Shown: piece by piece, positions 1 to 9,615 of the stretch
How positions within the stretch are numbered: position 1 is the stretch's first letter
Layout of the letters: every line of letters starts with the position of its first letter
Source of the DNA: Porphyridium purpureum
Lineage: Eukaryota
Assembly: GCA_008690995.1 (NCBI GenBank)
Contig: VRMN01000005.1
Location: 558,001 to 622,000, forward strand
Reading direction: 5' to 3'
Length of the DNA stretch: 64,000 bases
Notes under the pieces: generated by a model
What the model saw: only the letters and a program-made list of their open reading frames with translations
What the model was told of the DNA's origin: nothing
The model's database searches: none
Position numbers and translations under genes: made by a program

Positions 1-177
1 GCTCGACTCGCCACAGCTGCGGTGCGTCGGAAGATTCGCTCGTTGGCATGCGCGCACGTGCGATCCGGATCGAACCGCCAGATGAGCGAGATTACTGTAC
101 CCGCTGTACTATTCTCTATGAAAGGAGCGCGTTTAGGTAGACAGCTGGAAGTTTGCGTACAGTGGTGGCTGTACCTC

Positions 178-693
178 TTACGGTGGATTCGCTGCGCTGG
201 AGGCGCGGTGGATGCCGAGCACAACCGAGGCGATGGCGGCGAGCGCGGCGCCGAAAATGCCGAGCCCGATGAGGCCGTCCCGGGTGATGGTCGCGTCGAC
301 TTTCTCCAGCAGCGCAATTGCCTCCACGCAGTTTGGACTGATGTCCAGCAGCTCCTTGAGAAGGCGTCTGGAGGTGGACAGATTCTCGAGCTGGAACTCG
401 CCCAGCGCCATGTAGTATAGGCAGTCCCGGTCACTAAACCGCGCCTCCCGTAGCAGCTGCATCAGCAGCACGCCTTCTTGGACCTGCACGCTCTCGCCCG
501 AGATGATCAGCGCCCACGCCAAGTTGAACTGCGTGTCCAGGCTCACCTTGCCGCGCTGGCATTCCTCGTCGTACGCGCGCTGAAAGCGCTGCACCTGCGC
601 CTCAATGCCAGATTCACTTCCAGGCGTTCGGATGCGAGGCACTTGCGCGTTTCCGCTCGCGCGCGAGCGCTGCCGTAGTCCCGCGTCTTCCAT
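178..693 (-). CDS. FIS1: Mitochondrial/peroxisomal fission protein Fis1
   Basis: TPR-like motifs TQFNLAWALI and DCLYYMALGEFQL, plus a C-terminal tail anchor (DGLIGLGIFGAALAAIASVVLGI). Start set at ATG 693 (MEDAGLR); the longer ORF-track version would overlap the neighbouring gene. Confidence 0.9.
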   Translation of the reverse strand: MEDAGLRQRSRASGNAQVPRIRTPGSESGIEAQVQRFQRAYDEECQRGKVSLDTQFNLAWALIISGESVQVQEGVLLMQLLREARFSDRDCLYYMALGEFQLENLSTSRRLLKELLDISPNCVEAIALLEKVDATITRDGLIGLGIFGAALAAIASVVLGIHRASSAANPP

Positions 694-840
694 GACGTTC
701 CTCCCCGTGACCTGACTTGAGGAATCCAGCTCGCCAGATTCTGTGGTCGTGCTGTCTTTGCTCGTTGCTGTTGAACTTCTTCCACAACGAACCAGAAGAG
801 CAGGGAAGAGCGCACTGAGGTGACGAACGACGTGAGTGGA

Positions 841-2142
841 ATGGCGTCTACTTCGGACGAGGAAGAGGGCGCTGCCCGCAGCGCATTCCACGGAGACGAT
901 CATGCCGCGGAGGTCGGGCTGTTGCAGAAGGAATCTGCCTGGGCGCCGCGTCCTGCGTTGAACCACAGGTCATGGTGGATATCTTGGCACAGCACTGCGC
1001 TCTGGACGCTGTTGTTGGGCATGTGTCTCGCGGGAGGATATCTGCTTGCCGTGCTACGCGTTTCCCGGTCCAAGGCCGGTGCTGTGACTCTTGCCATGGA
1101 CATTCAGCGGTGCGATGAGATGCTCGGGAAAAAGGATTGGCGGCGGAAGCGACACGTTGGGCACGCGGTTTGCTCAGACTGGAGCGCGTTCATCAAGTAT
1201 CCAGATCCAAATGAAGAAGCCACCCAGCAGGCACTTATTTCGAGTATGAATCTCACCAGCGGCGACTATCGGTTCCTGGTGTTTGGCGATTGGGGTCGGG
1301 ACGGCTTCTGTTGCCAGCGCGATGTCGCGCAACAGATGGAGCAATTTGCCCGCCTTGCTGCGCCTGTGTCTTGTCTCATCAACGTGGGCGACAATTTTTA
1401 TCCTGTGGGCATCCAGCATCACCGCGCAGAGCAAGTGCAGACATCCTGGACCGACGTTTATCTCACGCAGAAGCACCCCACGCTCGCTGCGTTGCCGTGG
1501 ATCTCGGTATTGGGGAATCACGATTGGTACGGCGACCCGAGCGCGGTGCTCAAAATGCACGACGAGTACACGCAGTGGTACATGCCCGCGAGATGGTATT
1601 CACGAACAGTGGGCCTCGGCAGTGATGGGAAGCAGGGCGAGGCGTTTTTCGCATTTTTGGACACATCCGTCATTTTTTACAGCGTGGATGAGGAGGACAT
1701 GACAAAAATGAAACTGGACGAAAGCGACATCGACAAGCAGCTCAGTTGGCTCGACCATGAGCTGTCGACCAGTCGTGCAGACTGGAAAATCGTCGTCGGT
1801 CATCATCCGGTGACCACTTCTGGAAGTCATGCATATGAAGAAGCCGCCCAGATCGCCCGACTTCGCGAAAAGCTGCACCCTCTGCTCGTACGTCACAAAG
1901 TGGCCGCATACTTCTGCGGCCACGATCACGATATGCAGCACCTCACGCTGGATGGCGTACATTATTACGTGAGTGGCGCCGGGAGCCAGGTTCGCCCGAT
2001 TGGCTCGCTACCGGGTGATGGTGCTATTTTTGGCGTCGGCATGCAAGGCTTTTTGATGGCACAGCTGTCAAAGGCACGCCTGCACGTGCGCTTCGTTAGC
2101 TTTCGCGGCAGCTTCTTGTACGAACATGTCTTGACCAAGTGA
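841..2142 (+). CDS. Purple acid phosphatase (TRAP/ACP5-type metallophosphoesterase) with N-terminal transmembrane anchor
   Basis: All five metal-ligand motifs present: GDWG, GDNFY, GNHD, VGHH, GHDH. Hydrophobic segment LWTLLLGMCLAGGYLLAVL. First ATG at 841. Confidence 0.92.
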   Translation: MASTSDEEEGAARSAFHGDDHAAEVGLLQKESAWAPRPALNHRSWWISWHSTALWTLLLGMCLAGGYLLAVLRVSRSKAGAVTLAMDIQRCDEMLGKKDWRRKRHVGHAVCSDWSAFIKYPDPNEEATQQALISSMNLTSGDYRFLVFGDWGRDGFCCQRDVAQQMEQFARLAAPVSCLINVGDNFYPVGIQHHRAEQVQTSWTDVYLTQKHPTLAALPWISVLGNHDWYGDPSAVLKMHDEYTQWYMPARWYSRTVGLGSDGKQGEAFFAFLDTSVIFYSVDEEDMTKMKLDESDIDKQLSWLDHELSTSRADWKIVVGHHPVTTSGSHAYEEAAQIARLREKLHPLLVRHKVAAYFCGHDHDMQHLTLDGVHYYVSGAGSQVRPIGSLPGDGAIFGVGMQGFLMAQLSKARLHVRFVSFRGSFLYEHVLTK

Positions 2143-2204
2143 TCCACGAGTCCCATGCATACATTAAAGAGAGTCCGTTGTCTGCTGAGATACAGTCTCC
2201 AGTG

Positions 2205-3611
2205 CTAAGCAAATTGGTCGGGTGCTCCGACTCGCAACGCCCGACGAAGCTTTCCGAGCGCGCGCTGCTCCAGTGCTTCTGCCTTGTAGCGACTGACATT
2301 CAGCAGCTTGCCGAGCTCAGAGTAGCTTGGCAAACGACCTGAAGCTGCCGCGGTTCCAAGCCGGCTTTTGATCGCACGCAACTCCAACTCGTCCAATAAC
2401 TCGGTCGCGAGTAGCTGCTCGGCTTGGATCTGCTCTTCAATAAGATGAAGGTGCTCCACAACTTGCATGGGCGAGCTGCTTTCGTGAGCGCTCAGCTCAT
2501 CCAAGCCAAACTCATCCAGAGCGATGGCGGGTGCACACGCGTTCAGAAGCAGTCGCACCTTTTTGACACTCATACCGCACGCGCGCGCGAGCTCATCTAG
2601 AGCCGGCTCACGGTCATACTGTTGGCGAAAGGCTCCAGCTACTTGCTGGATTTTGCGATGCGCCCACGTTACATGACTTGGAAGCGTGACGCTATGCTGT
2701 TGACGGTGCGCACACCTCCACACAGCGTCGCGGATATACCATGTCGCGTATGTACTGAATCGCACGTGCCGCGAAGGATCGAAGCGATGCAGTGCCCTAA
2801 TAAGTGCCACGTTTCCTTCCTGTATGAGATCCATGACGGGTGTGCCAGTGCCCGAGCGTCTCGACTCCTTCATGGCGATAGACACAACCAGCTTGAGGTT
2901 TGAGTGGATCATCGTTTCGCGAGCTTTCTTTGCGTCTCGTAACTCTGCTTCAAATTGCCCAACGGGGATGCGGAGCAGCTCTGCCCAGCGTTTCGTGCAC
3001 CGCATGCGTGGCGCTTCCGGCTCACTTTCGGAAAGCAATTGCCACGCGGCTTCCCACTTCTGAAGCTCTTGGACTCTTTCGGCAAGCCGAATTTCTGCCT
3101 CGCGCGAAAGCAGCGGTTCGTTTCCTACGGCGGCGAGGTACGCGTCGATCGATGATTTCATTGCGCTTGACGCGCGCGACGACTCTGTCTCAAAGCCATC
3201 GTCGCCCAAGTAGTCGACCGCCACGTCCATGTCGCTCATGGCGTCATCAACATTCGACAACGTATGCTCATCCACACGCGTGTCCAAGTTATTGCTTTGC
3301 CTCTCGCGCGCCGCCGAATTCACCACGTGCGCAACAAGCGACACTGTCGCGTGCTGCGCGTCTGTCCTGTCCCGTCTGCTCTGCTTCCTTTTGCGCGCCG
3401 CCGCCGCCGCCGCTGCCCCTTCCGGCTCCTTCACCGCATTACCACTCCTTACAGCTCGGGACCTTGTACGGGAGCCGACCCTCGCGGGCGCTGCAGCACG
3501 AGCCGCGGCCACATCCACTCCACACCGGACACACCCTCGCTTCACACCCGCACGCGGACGGACGCGGACCAGCGCGCGCGCGCCGACTCCCGCAGCCGCT
3601 GCGCGGACCAT
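2205..3611 (-). CDS. Nucleus-encoded plastid RNA polymerase sigma-70 factor
   Basis: Region 1.2 (YLAAVGNEPLLSREAEIRLA), region 2 (SNLKLVVSIA, DLIQEGNVAL, RFDPSRHVRFSTYATW), region 3 and a region-4 HTH. Arg/Ala/Ser-rich transit-like N-terminus from ATG 3611. Confidence 0.9.
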   Translation of the reverse strand: MVRAAAAGVGARALVRVRPRAGVKRGCVRCGVDVAAARAAAPARVGSRTRSRAVRSGNAVKEPEGAAAAAAARKRKQSRRDRTDAQHATVSLVAHVVNSAARERQSNNLDTRVDEHTLSNVDDAMSDMDVAVDYLGDDGFETESSRASSAMKSSIDAYLAAVGNEPLLSREAEIRLAERVQELQKWEAAWQLLSESEPEAPRMRCTKRWAELLRIPVGQFEAELRDAKKARETMIHSNLKLVVSIAMKESRRSGTGTPVMDLIQEGNVALIRALHRFDPSRHVRFSTYATWYIRDAVWRCAHRQQHSVTLPSHVTWAHRKIQQVAGAFRQQYDREPALDELARACGMSVKKVRLLLNACAPAIALDEFGLDELSAHESSSPMQVVEHLHLIEEQIQAEQLLATELLDELELRAIKSRLGTAAASGRLPSYSELGKLLNVSRYKAEALEQRALGKLRRALRVGAPDQFA

Positions 3612-3801
3612 GACCCGCGCGTGGCGTAACCGTTGCCCACCGCAGAATACTCCACAAATGCCATCTGCCCCATCCCCATCCTCCTCTTCTTCCTCCTCCT
3701 CCAACCCACATGCCACCCAAGGCGCCGATCACGACGTTCCGCGGACGAAACCGGCGCGGGCCGGTTTCCATCGAAACCGACAAACCGGTACGCGCGGTTC
3801 T

Positions 3802-3826
3802 CTATAAAAACGGCGTGATTTTATAG
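3802..3826. promoter_or_regulatory. Inverted pair of TATA boxes, probable bidirectional promoter for the sigma factor and SufE-BolA
   Basis: CTATAAAA (3802-3809) and TTTTATAG (3819-3826) lie between the two divergent start codons. Confidence 0.55.
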
Positions 3827-3948
3827 GAAAGGCGTATTTGGCTGTGGTCGGACACAAGCAGGAGCTCGGACGTTGAAGACGTGGAGGAAGAAGGAGAGAG
3901 GGAGAGAGAAGAGATAGTGAGAGAGAGAAAGAGAGAGAGAGAGGAACG

Positions 3949-4869
3949 ATGGGGCTTGGGTTTGTTGCAGGAGTGAGCTTTGGGTGTGCAGGACGAAGCG
4001 GGAAGAATGTGGGTACGGCATATGAAGGGTCGTGCGTGCGCACGCGCGCGGCGTGGAGCGTGAGGCGGGTTCGCGGGATGACGATGGCGGGAGCTGGACA
4101 GGTTGACATGCCGCAGAAGCTCGAGGCAGAAGTGAACAAGTTCCGCAACGTGCCGGACGCAAAGTTGCGGTACCAGCAGCTGCTGTTCTACGCAAAGCAG
4201 CTGCCGCCAATGGACGCACGGTACAAAGTCCCGGAGAATAAGGTGCCTGGCTGTCTGAGTACTGTGTTTGTGCACGTTGAGCTTTCGTCAGAGGGCATCG
4301 TGGACTTGAGTGGTGATAGCGACGCGCAGCTCACCAAAGGACTCATTGCGTTGCTTATCAATAGCTTTTCGGGTGCGACGGTGAAGCAAATCCTCAATGT
4401 CACGCCAGACTTTATCAAGGAGTCTGGGTTGGACGTGTCCTTGACACCAGGTAGGAATAATGGTTTTCTGAACATGCTCGCCACAATCAAGCAGAAGGTG
4501 AAAGGCCTAGCTAACAACACCGAAGCACAAGAAGAATCGCCATCCCCGATGACAACGGAGAGCGCCGCGAAAGGTGAGCAGGTCGGAGACGAGGGCAGGC
4601 CAATGTACTCGGCGATCGTGTCGAGACTCGGCAAGCTCCAGCCAAGCAGACTTATTGTCACGGACAACTCGGCCCAGCACGCAGGGCACGCTGGTGCAAG
4701 GGGCCTAAACGGGGAGTCGCACTTTGCCGTAGAGATCGTGTCCGAATTTTTTGACGGTCTGTCGCTCGTAAAGCGCCACCAGCTGGTGTATGGCTTGCTC
4801 GCCGAGCAGATGCAAGCTGGCATTCATGCTCTGCAAATTGACGCTAAAGCCCCGAGCGAGGTGTCGTGA
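3949..4869 (+). CDS. SUFE1: Plastid SufE-BolA fusion protein (SufE1-like cysteine desulfurase activator)
   Basis: SufE domain with the acceptor Cys (NKVPGCLSTV, GDSDAQLTKGL, LTPGRNNGFLNM) followed by BolA (HAGH, ESHFAVEIVS, LVKRHQLVY, GIHALQI). Transit-peptide-like N-terminus. Confidence 0.93.
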   Translation: MGLGFVAGVSFGCAGRSGKNVGTAYEGSCVRTRAAWSVRRVRGMTMAGAGQVDMPQKLEAEVNKFRNVPDAKLRYQQLLFYAKQLPPMDARYKVPENKVPGCLSTVFVHVELSSEGIVDLSGDSDAQLTKGLIALLINSFSGATVKQILNVTPDFIKESGLDVSLTPGRNNGFLNMLATIKQKVKGLANNTEAQEESPSPMTTESAAKGEQVGDEGRPMYSAIVSRLGKLQPSRLIVTDNSAQHAGHAGARGLNGESHFAVEIVSEFFDGLSLVKRHQLVYGLLAEQMQAGIHALQIDAKAPSEVS

Positions 4870-5590
4870 GCGAGCTCGACGTGCAATCGCGACATCAGTT
4901 CGGCTGCGGCGGATTCGATCCAGAAGAGAAGCACTAGTACGCGCGGGGCGTCTGATCTGGGCTTGGCCTCGATGAAGCAGACGGTTTACAACTCATTCCA
5001 AATCTTAGTCAAAACAGCGTATCCTCCGCACGAGGACTCCTTGAACGGGCAAGGGTATGATCCTTATTCTAGCGGGATAGATGGCGTCGTACATGCGGCC
5101 GACAAGAGAAAAGCAAACCTCATTCATCTTGTTCCTTTCCTATCTCAACTCACCCAGGATTTTGGACGGACGCAGCCATAGCTGTGTGCGGCGCAGAAAA
5201 AACGCGTGTCTGGTAGGGCCCGTGACCTCAGCGCCAAATGTGCAATTGCGCGAGGTATTTTCCCGAGTGTTGGTCTTTGGAAGACACTTCGACCGGCACT
5301 AACACTAGGAGCAGCATTTCAAGGGTCGAGTGGCAAGGCTTGCACCACTCTGGTTTTCCAATGGATCTCCAATACCATCAACATACATTTACAAAGCCAC
5401 TGCAATCTAGGCATACGTCTATCACATACTGTAAAGAACCGCGCGAAAAAAAGAAGCACCCTCGGACTTTGCCAGACCACTCCCTGCATCGAGCGGGCAC
5501 ACAAATAGACCCAACAAGGTACCAAGCGCGTTGCTTTTCTGCCACTCGAGTCCAAGATGACAGGCCTTCCAGGATACACAAACTGCCACA

Positions 5591-7786
5591 TCACGTTGAC
5601 AGGCTTGACGATTGTTCGACCGCGGACGGACTGTCCGCGCGGGAATCGACCAAGGGAAGCTCTGTAAGATTCCACGTACCCTTTCCGTCCCCACAAATTG
5701 TGAGCTCGAAATCATGGTACCTGCGCAGTTCCAGACGGTGCGCAATACTGAAGACAGTAATGCCAAGCGTGCGTAAATGCTCATAGAATGGCCCTTCTTC
5801 GTCTGCGTTGATGGCGCTCGTCGCCTCGTCCAAAATTGCAAAGTGAGGGCGATGGTAGTACAGGCGCGCCAGGCCGACGCGCTGTTTCTCGCCACCTGAG
5901 AGCACGTCAGCCCAATCAAGATGCGCCAAGTCCAGACCTTCCGGCTGTGTTAATAGCTTTGTAAGCCCAACACGGTCCAAGCACTCGCGCACTTGGTCAT
6001 CCGTGTCTAGTGTTGGAGCTAGAGGGTAGAGAATTTGGTCGCGCAACGTGCCGGTCACAAGGTACGGCTTTTGGGGAACGTAGAAAATCTCGCTGCGTTC
6101 TTGCATGGGCAATTCCGGGTTCAGGAAGCGTGGGCGCCTCACAATACCTTCACTAGGCTGCCACAGACCAGCAAGGACGCGGAACAGAGATGTCTTGCCT
6201 GCTCCATTCGGACCTGTGATCAGCACATTCTGGCCGGGCGAAATGGACAGGTTCAACTCCCGGATTAGTAGGCGCCCGTCCGGACTCATGATCGTAACCT
6301 TTTCAAACTGCATAAACACGTCATCTTCCTCACCGCGCTCCACGAGCGCTCCCTTCCCAGCATTCTCGAAAGCCGATGAAGCCCCGTTTTCGATCAACCC
6401 GGTGGGACGCCGTGATTGCAATTCCGGTTCGATGGCCTCAAGCAATTCGCTGACCCTAGCTGTGTACCCGGACAGCGTCTGGACTTTCTTGTACACCATG
6501 ATCAAATCGCCAACTGCGCGACATGCCTGCTGAATGAGCGCGTCATTAGTCTTGTACTTGCTGACTGCTTCGGCGGGAGTCAAATCCTCCAGACCCATCA
6601 AGAACGGCAGCGCCATCACTGGAAAGCCTATCATGGAGGCCATGTACTTGAGACCATACTGGTCAAATAAACCTTGTCGCAGGTGGAGCAGGTGGATCTT
6701 CTCGCTAAACGCTGTCACGCGCTCCATGGCGGTGTTCAGGAGCGTCTTTTCGCGCGCCGAGCCGTTCAAGAAGGCGACTTCCTCTGCATGTGTAATCAGG
6801 CGGCTGTGCCCCCGTCGAAAGTCGCCCTCAAGGGCCTTCAGAATTGCAATATACTTGCTAAAGGGCGGCGAGATCGCGCGCAAGACCCCACCACACAGCA
6901 CAAAGTAGAAGTACAGCGTAACCGGCCCTCGTGAGCCGATGGTGCGGGCCATTTGGGAAGTGCACAGAATCACGTCCAGCAGAGGCTTGAATGTGTTGGA
7001 GTAGAGGTCTGAGAACATTTTGCAGAAGTCATCGAGATCCGCTACGATGCGCTGGTCTGCGTTGTCGAGATGTCCCTGCATGGCATGCAGCACGGCGGCC
7101 TTGTAGTAGTTTCGATCCAGAGTGTACAAGTCGTGCACATGGCGCGTAAGATTGCGTCGGAAGCAGGTGGCCACCATGTTGGACAAGTACTTGAGCCCCG
7201 AGTTCGTAATTGCGGCTGCCACACCGGACACGAAAAAGTCTGACAAGACCTCGTAGAATTTCTGCCACGAGCGGGTAGCGATGCAACTGAGCGCGTCGCC
7301 GGAAATCTTTGCAATGCGCAGGGAGATCAAGGAGCGAACGACAAGGAACCAAAACTGCACGATGAGCATAAAAAACTCCTTGGAATGCCAGCTGGGGACG
7401 ACAATCTTGAAGATGTAGAGAATGCGCCTGAGAAAGATGCCGTCCACTGCGGGCGCGCGCTTCTTGAGCTTTGAGCTGGATGTCGTTGACCCCGCGGAGA
7501 CGGCAGCACGGGACTCATACTCGGCCTTCCTGCGGCTCTCTCTCTGCATGATTTGCGTGACGGAGACCTGCACGAGGCCGCCGAGCCCGAGCGCAAACAA
7601 GGTGGTCATCCACTTTGACGACCTGAGGTACGAGCTCCCAACTGTCCTGACGACCTGGCCCACATCCACGTGGTGCTGCCGGACGGCGCGCGCGAGCATC
7701 CACGCCACGGGGTGCACTCGCAGCACGCCCATCGCGGCGTCCCCACCCCCGCCTCCCCCTCCTCCCACGCCTGCAAACACGCTCAT
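5591..7786 (-). CDS. Peroxisomal ABC transporter family D half-transporter
   Basis: ABCD TMD motifs (LDNADQRI, GDFRRGHSRLITHAEEVAF), Walker A GPNGAGKTS, signature LSGGEKQR, Walker B AILDEATSA, H-loop SIAHR. Confidence 0.95.
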   Translation of the reverse strand: MSVFAGVGGGGGGGGDAAMGVLRVHPVAWMLARAVRQHHVDVGQVVRTVGSSYLRSSKWMTTLFALGLGGLVQVSVTQIMQRESRRKAEYESRAAVSAGSTTSSSKLKKRAPAVDGIFLRRILYIFKIVVPSWHSKEFFMLIVQFWFLVVRSLISLRIAKISGDALSCIATRSWQKFYEVLSDFFVSGVAAAITNSGLKYLSNMVATCFRRNLTRHVHDLYTLDRNYYKAAVLHAMQGHLDNADQRIVADLDDFCKMFSDLYSNTFKPLLDVILCTSQMARTIGSRGPVTLYFYFVLCGGVLRAISPPFSKYIAILKALEGDFRRGHSRLITHAEEVAFLNGSAREKTLLNTAMERVTAFSEKIHLLHLRQGLFDQYGLKYMASMIGFPVMALPFLMGLEDLTPAEAVSKYKTNDALIQQACRAVGDLIMVYKKVQTLSGYTARVSELLEAIEPELQSRRPTGLIENGASSAFENAGKGALVERGEEDDVFMQFEKVTIMSPDGRLLIRELNLSISPGQNVLITGPNGAGKTSLFRVLAGLWQPSEGIVRRPRFLNPELPMQERSEIFYVPQKPYLVTGTLRDQILYPLAPTLDTDDQVRECLDRVGLTKLLTQPEGLDLAHLDWADVLSGGEKQRVGLARLYYHRPHFAILDEATSAINADEEGPFYEHLRTLGITVFSIAHRLELRRYHDFELTICGDGKGTWNLTELPLVDSRADSPSAVEQSSSLST

Positions 7787-7979
7787 CCTGCGGATAATTC
7801 AATCCCTCCTCTTGACACGAACACACATGCACGCACAACGAGCGCCTCCCGTGCGTATTCCGTGACCCTCTCTTTCCCTCTCCCCCTTTCTCCCTGTCTC
7901 TCCCTCGCTCTTCCTGCTTGGCCACCTCGACGTCTTCACCACAATCAAGTCAAAGCGGCTCAGCAACCGGCTCACAGAG

Positions 7980-8045
7980 GCTGAACACACGCTGTACACA
8001 CGCTGTACACAAACTGTACACACGCTGAACATACGCTGTACATGC
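7980..8045 (+). repeat. Six tandem 11-bp units, consensus GCTGTACACAC
   Basis: gctgaacacac gctgtacacac gctgtacacaa actgtacacac gctgaacatac gctgtacatgc, read directly. Confidence 0.9.
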
Positions 8046-8492
8046 TCGAACCGGCGCTGAAGGGCAGACCAGGGTTCTTTAAATAGAGACGGAATCGGTG
8101 CGCATTCGGCGTCGTTTGATCTGCGTGTAGGGAAAGGGAGACCGACCGACCATGGCGTGAATGTGGTTTTATGCGCACGGCGTCCAAGCAGGAGCAACTC
8201 ACGCGTGTACGCACGCTTGCCAACCTTCTCGTGTTTGTCTATCGTGCGTTGATTGCTGGCGCGCAAATACAGAAACAGGGTGTCCGTGCCACGCGGCGGC
8301 GGATCTGTGTCTTATCGCGTCGCCCCTTCAACCATGCGCCGACTCCACCACTCGGTTCGGTTCGGTTCGGTTCAAGTGCCAATCCGATAAGTATCGAGCG
8401 GGGTCACGAAGGTACAGTGAATATAAGTGTACGTGTACTTTTCCGTGGGAGGTGCAAGGTCGGGAAGGGAGGAGAGTCACGCCGCAAGACAC

Positions 8493-8516
8493 AGAGAGAG
8501 AGAGAGAGAGAGAGAG
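8493..8516 (+). repeat. (AG)12 microsatellite in the ZIP gene 5' region
   Basis: Direct reading. Similar GA/CT tracts precede many start codons in this window. Confidence 0.9.
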
Positions 8517-8541
8517 CGGTGTAGCGGGATAGGGAAAGAGG

Positions 8542-9615
8542 ATGGCGCAACCGGCGCTGCAGGTGCACGCGTCGTCGCTCAAGTTGTCGTTGATCGCGGG
8601 TTTGTTCACCGTGCTTGGGGCAATGGGCACGGCGATGCTGGTGCGTGTGTTTGGCGTGGCCGAGGAGCGCGCGCCGCCGCACGAGCTGCAAGCGCCCCGC
8701 GGCAGGCAACGGCAGCGCGCAGGCTCACCGCGCGATTTGCGCGGCGTGTGCTACACGCTGGCCCTGGTAAGCGCCATGCTCCTGGGATACAGCTGGTGCG
8801 ACTTGTTGCCAGAGGCAATGGATGGCCTCGCCGCATCAACAACCATGATCGTGTTTGCCGCCGCGGGGCTCATCGAGTTGCTGACCTCGCTCCTTCTTCG
8901 CGGATCGTTCAACTCCTGCGGCGCGAGGATCAGGCAATTAGCGCACCGGAACAGCTCAAGAACAATATTCGCGACCGCTTTCGCCCCGACCGCCGTCGGC
9001 ACCAGCAGGACCGGAGTCCCCACGGGAACAGCGGCGCGACGTCAGAGTCCGACTGCGCCCCTTGTTAACCACCAGCACTTGCAGTGGCCTGGCTCAGCGC
9101 TCGATCACGAACTGCGCATGCTCGGACGGATCACGACCGTCATCATCGGAGTACATAATTTATTGGAAGGCTTCAACATGGCGTTTGCCGGCGCCGGCGC
9201 TTCGCGCGAAGGTAGCTGGCCCAGTGTGTCACTGGTCGTGTCTCTAATGCTTGAGAACATTCCGGAGGGAATCTTGCTGGCGGTCCCTGTGTACTGTGGT
9301 AGCCGTTCGTTCAAGTTGACCTTGGGATGCGCATTCTGTGCGGGCATGCTCGAGCCCGTCGGCGTCCGCATTTCACCGCTCGTGCTGCTCTGGTTTCAGG
9401 GTTCGAGAGTGTGGCTATTTCTGCCAGCATGTCTAGCCACCATCTCAGGCATGGTCTCCTCTTTGCTTCTTGTTGAGAGTATTCCGTTTGCCGTCAAGAA
9501 CACAACGAGTGAGAATCTGGCCAGCCTATCTCTGGCATTGGGTCTAGGATTTCTGCTCGCGTGCGTCTTTCAACCATTGCTCATCCATCTCGGGAAGGTT
9601 CAAATGGTTTCATGA
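8542..9615 (+). CDS. ZIP family (ZupT/GufA-like) divalent metal transporter
   Basis: Multiple TM helices, TM4 IGVHNLLEGF, TM5 LENIPEGILLAVP, and GMLEPVG. Confidence 0.85.
   Translation: MAQPALQVHASSLKLSLIAGLFTVLGAMGTAMLVRVFGVAEERAPPHELQAPRGRQRQRAGSPRDLRGVCYTLALVSAMLLGYSWCDLLPEAMDGLAASTTMIVFAAAGLIELLTSLLLRGSFNSCGARIRQLAHRNSSRTIFATAFAPTAVGTSRTGVPTGTAARRQSPTAPLVNHQHLQWPGSALDHELRMLGRITTVIIGVHNLLEGFNMAFAGAGASREGSWPSVSLVVSLMLENIPEGILLAVPVYCGSRSFKLTLGCAFCAGMLEPVGVRISPLVLLWFQGSRVWLFLPACLATISGMVSSLLLVESIPFAVKNTTSENLASLSLALGLGFLLACVFQPLLIHLGKVQMVS

Noticed and set aside
178..966. ORF-track N-terminal extensions from non-ATG starts (FIS1; likewise sigma, VHA-a, TOE1, NDUFS7, NEDD8, PP2C, Nudix, carrier)
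   Set aside because: Eukaryotic genes; the extensions run through GA/CT-rich UTR sequence or overlap neighbours, so starts were moved to plausible ATGs.
3949..4869. SufE-BolA fusion as a novelty
   Set aside because: Already known from plant SufE1.
4870..5590. 720-bp convergent gap with short ORFs as a retroelement remnant
   Set aside because: No recognisable RT, integrase or transposase motif and no terminal repeats; probably 3' UTRs.
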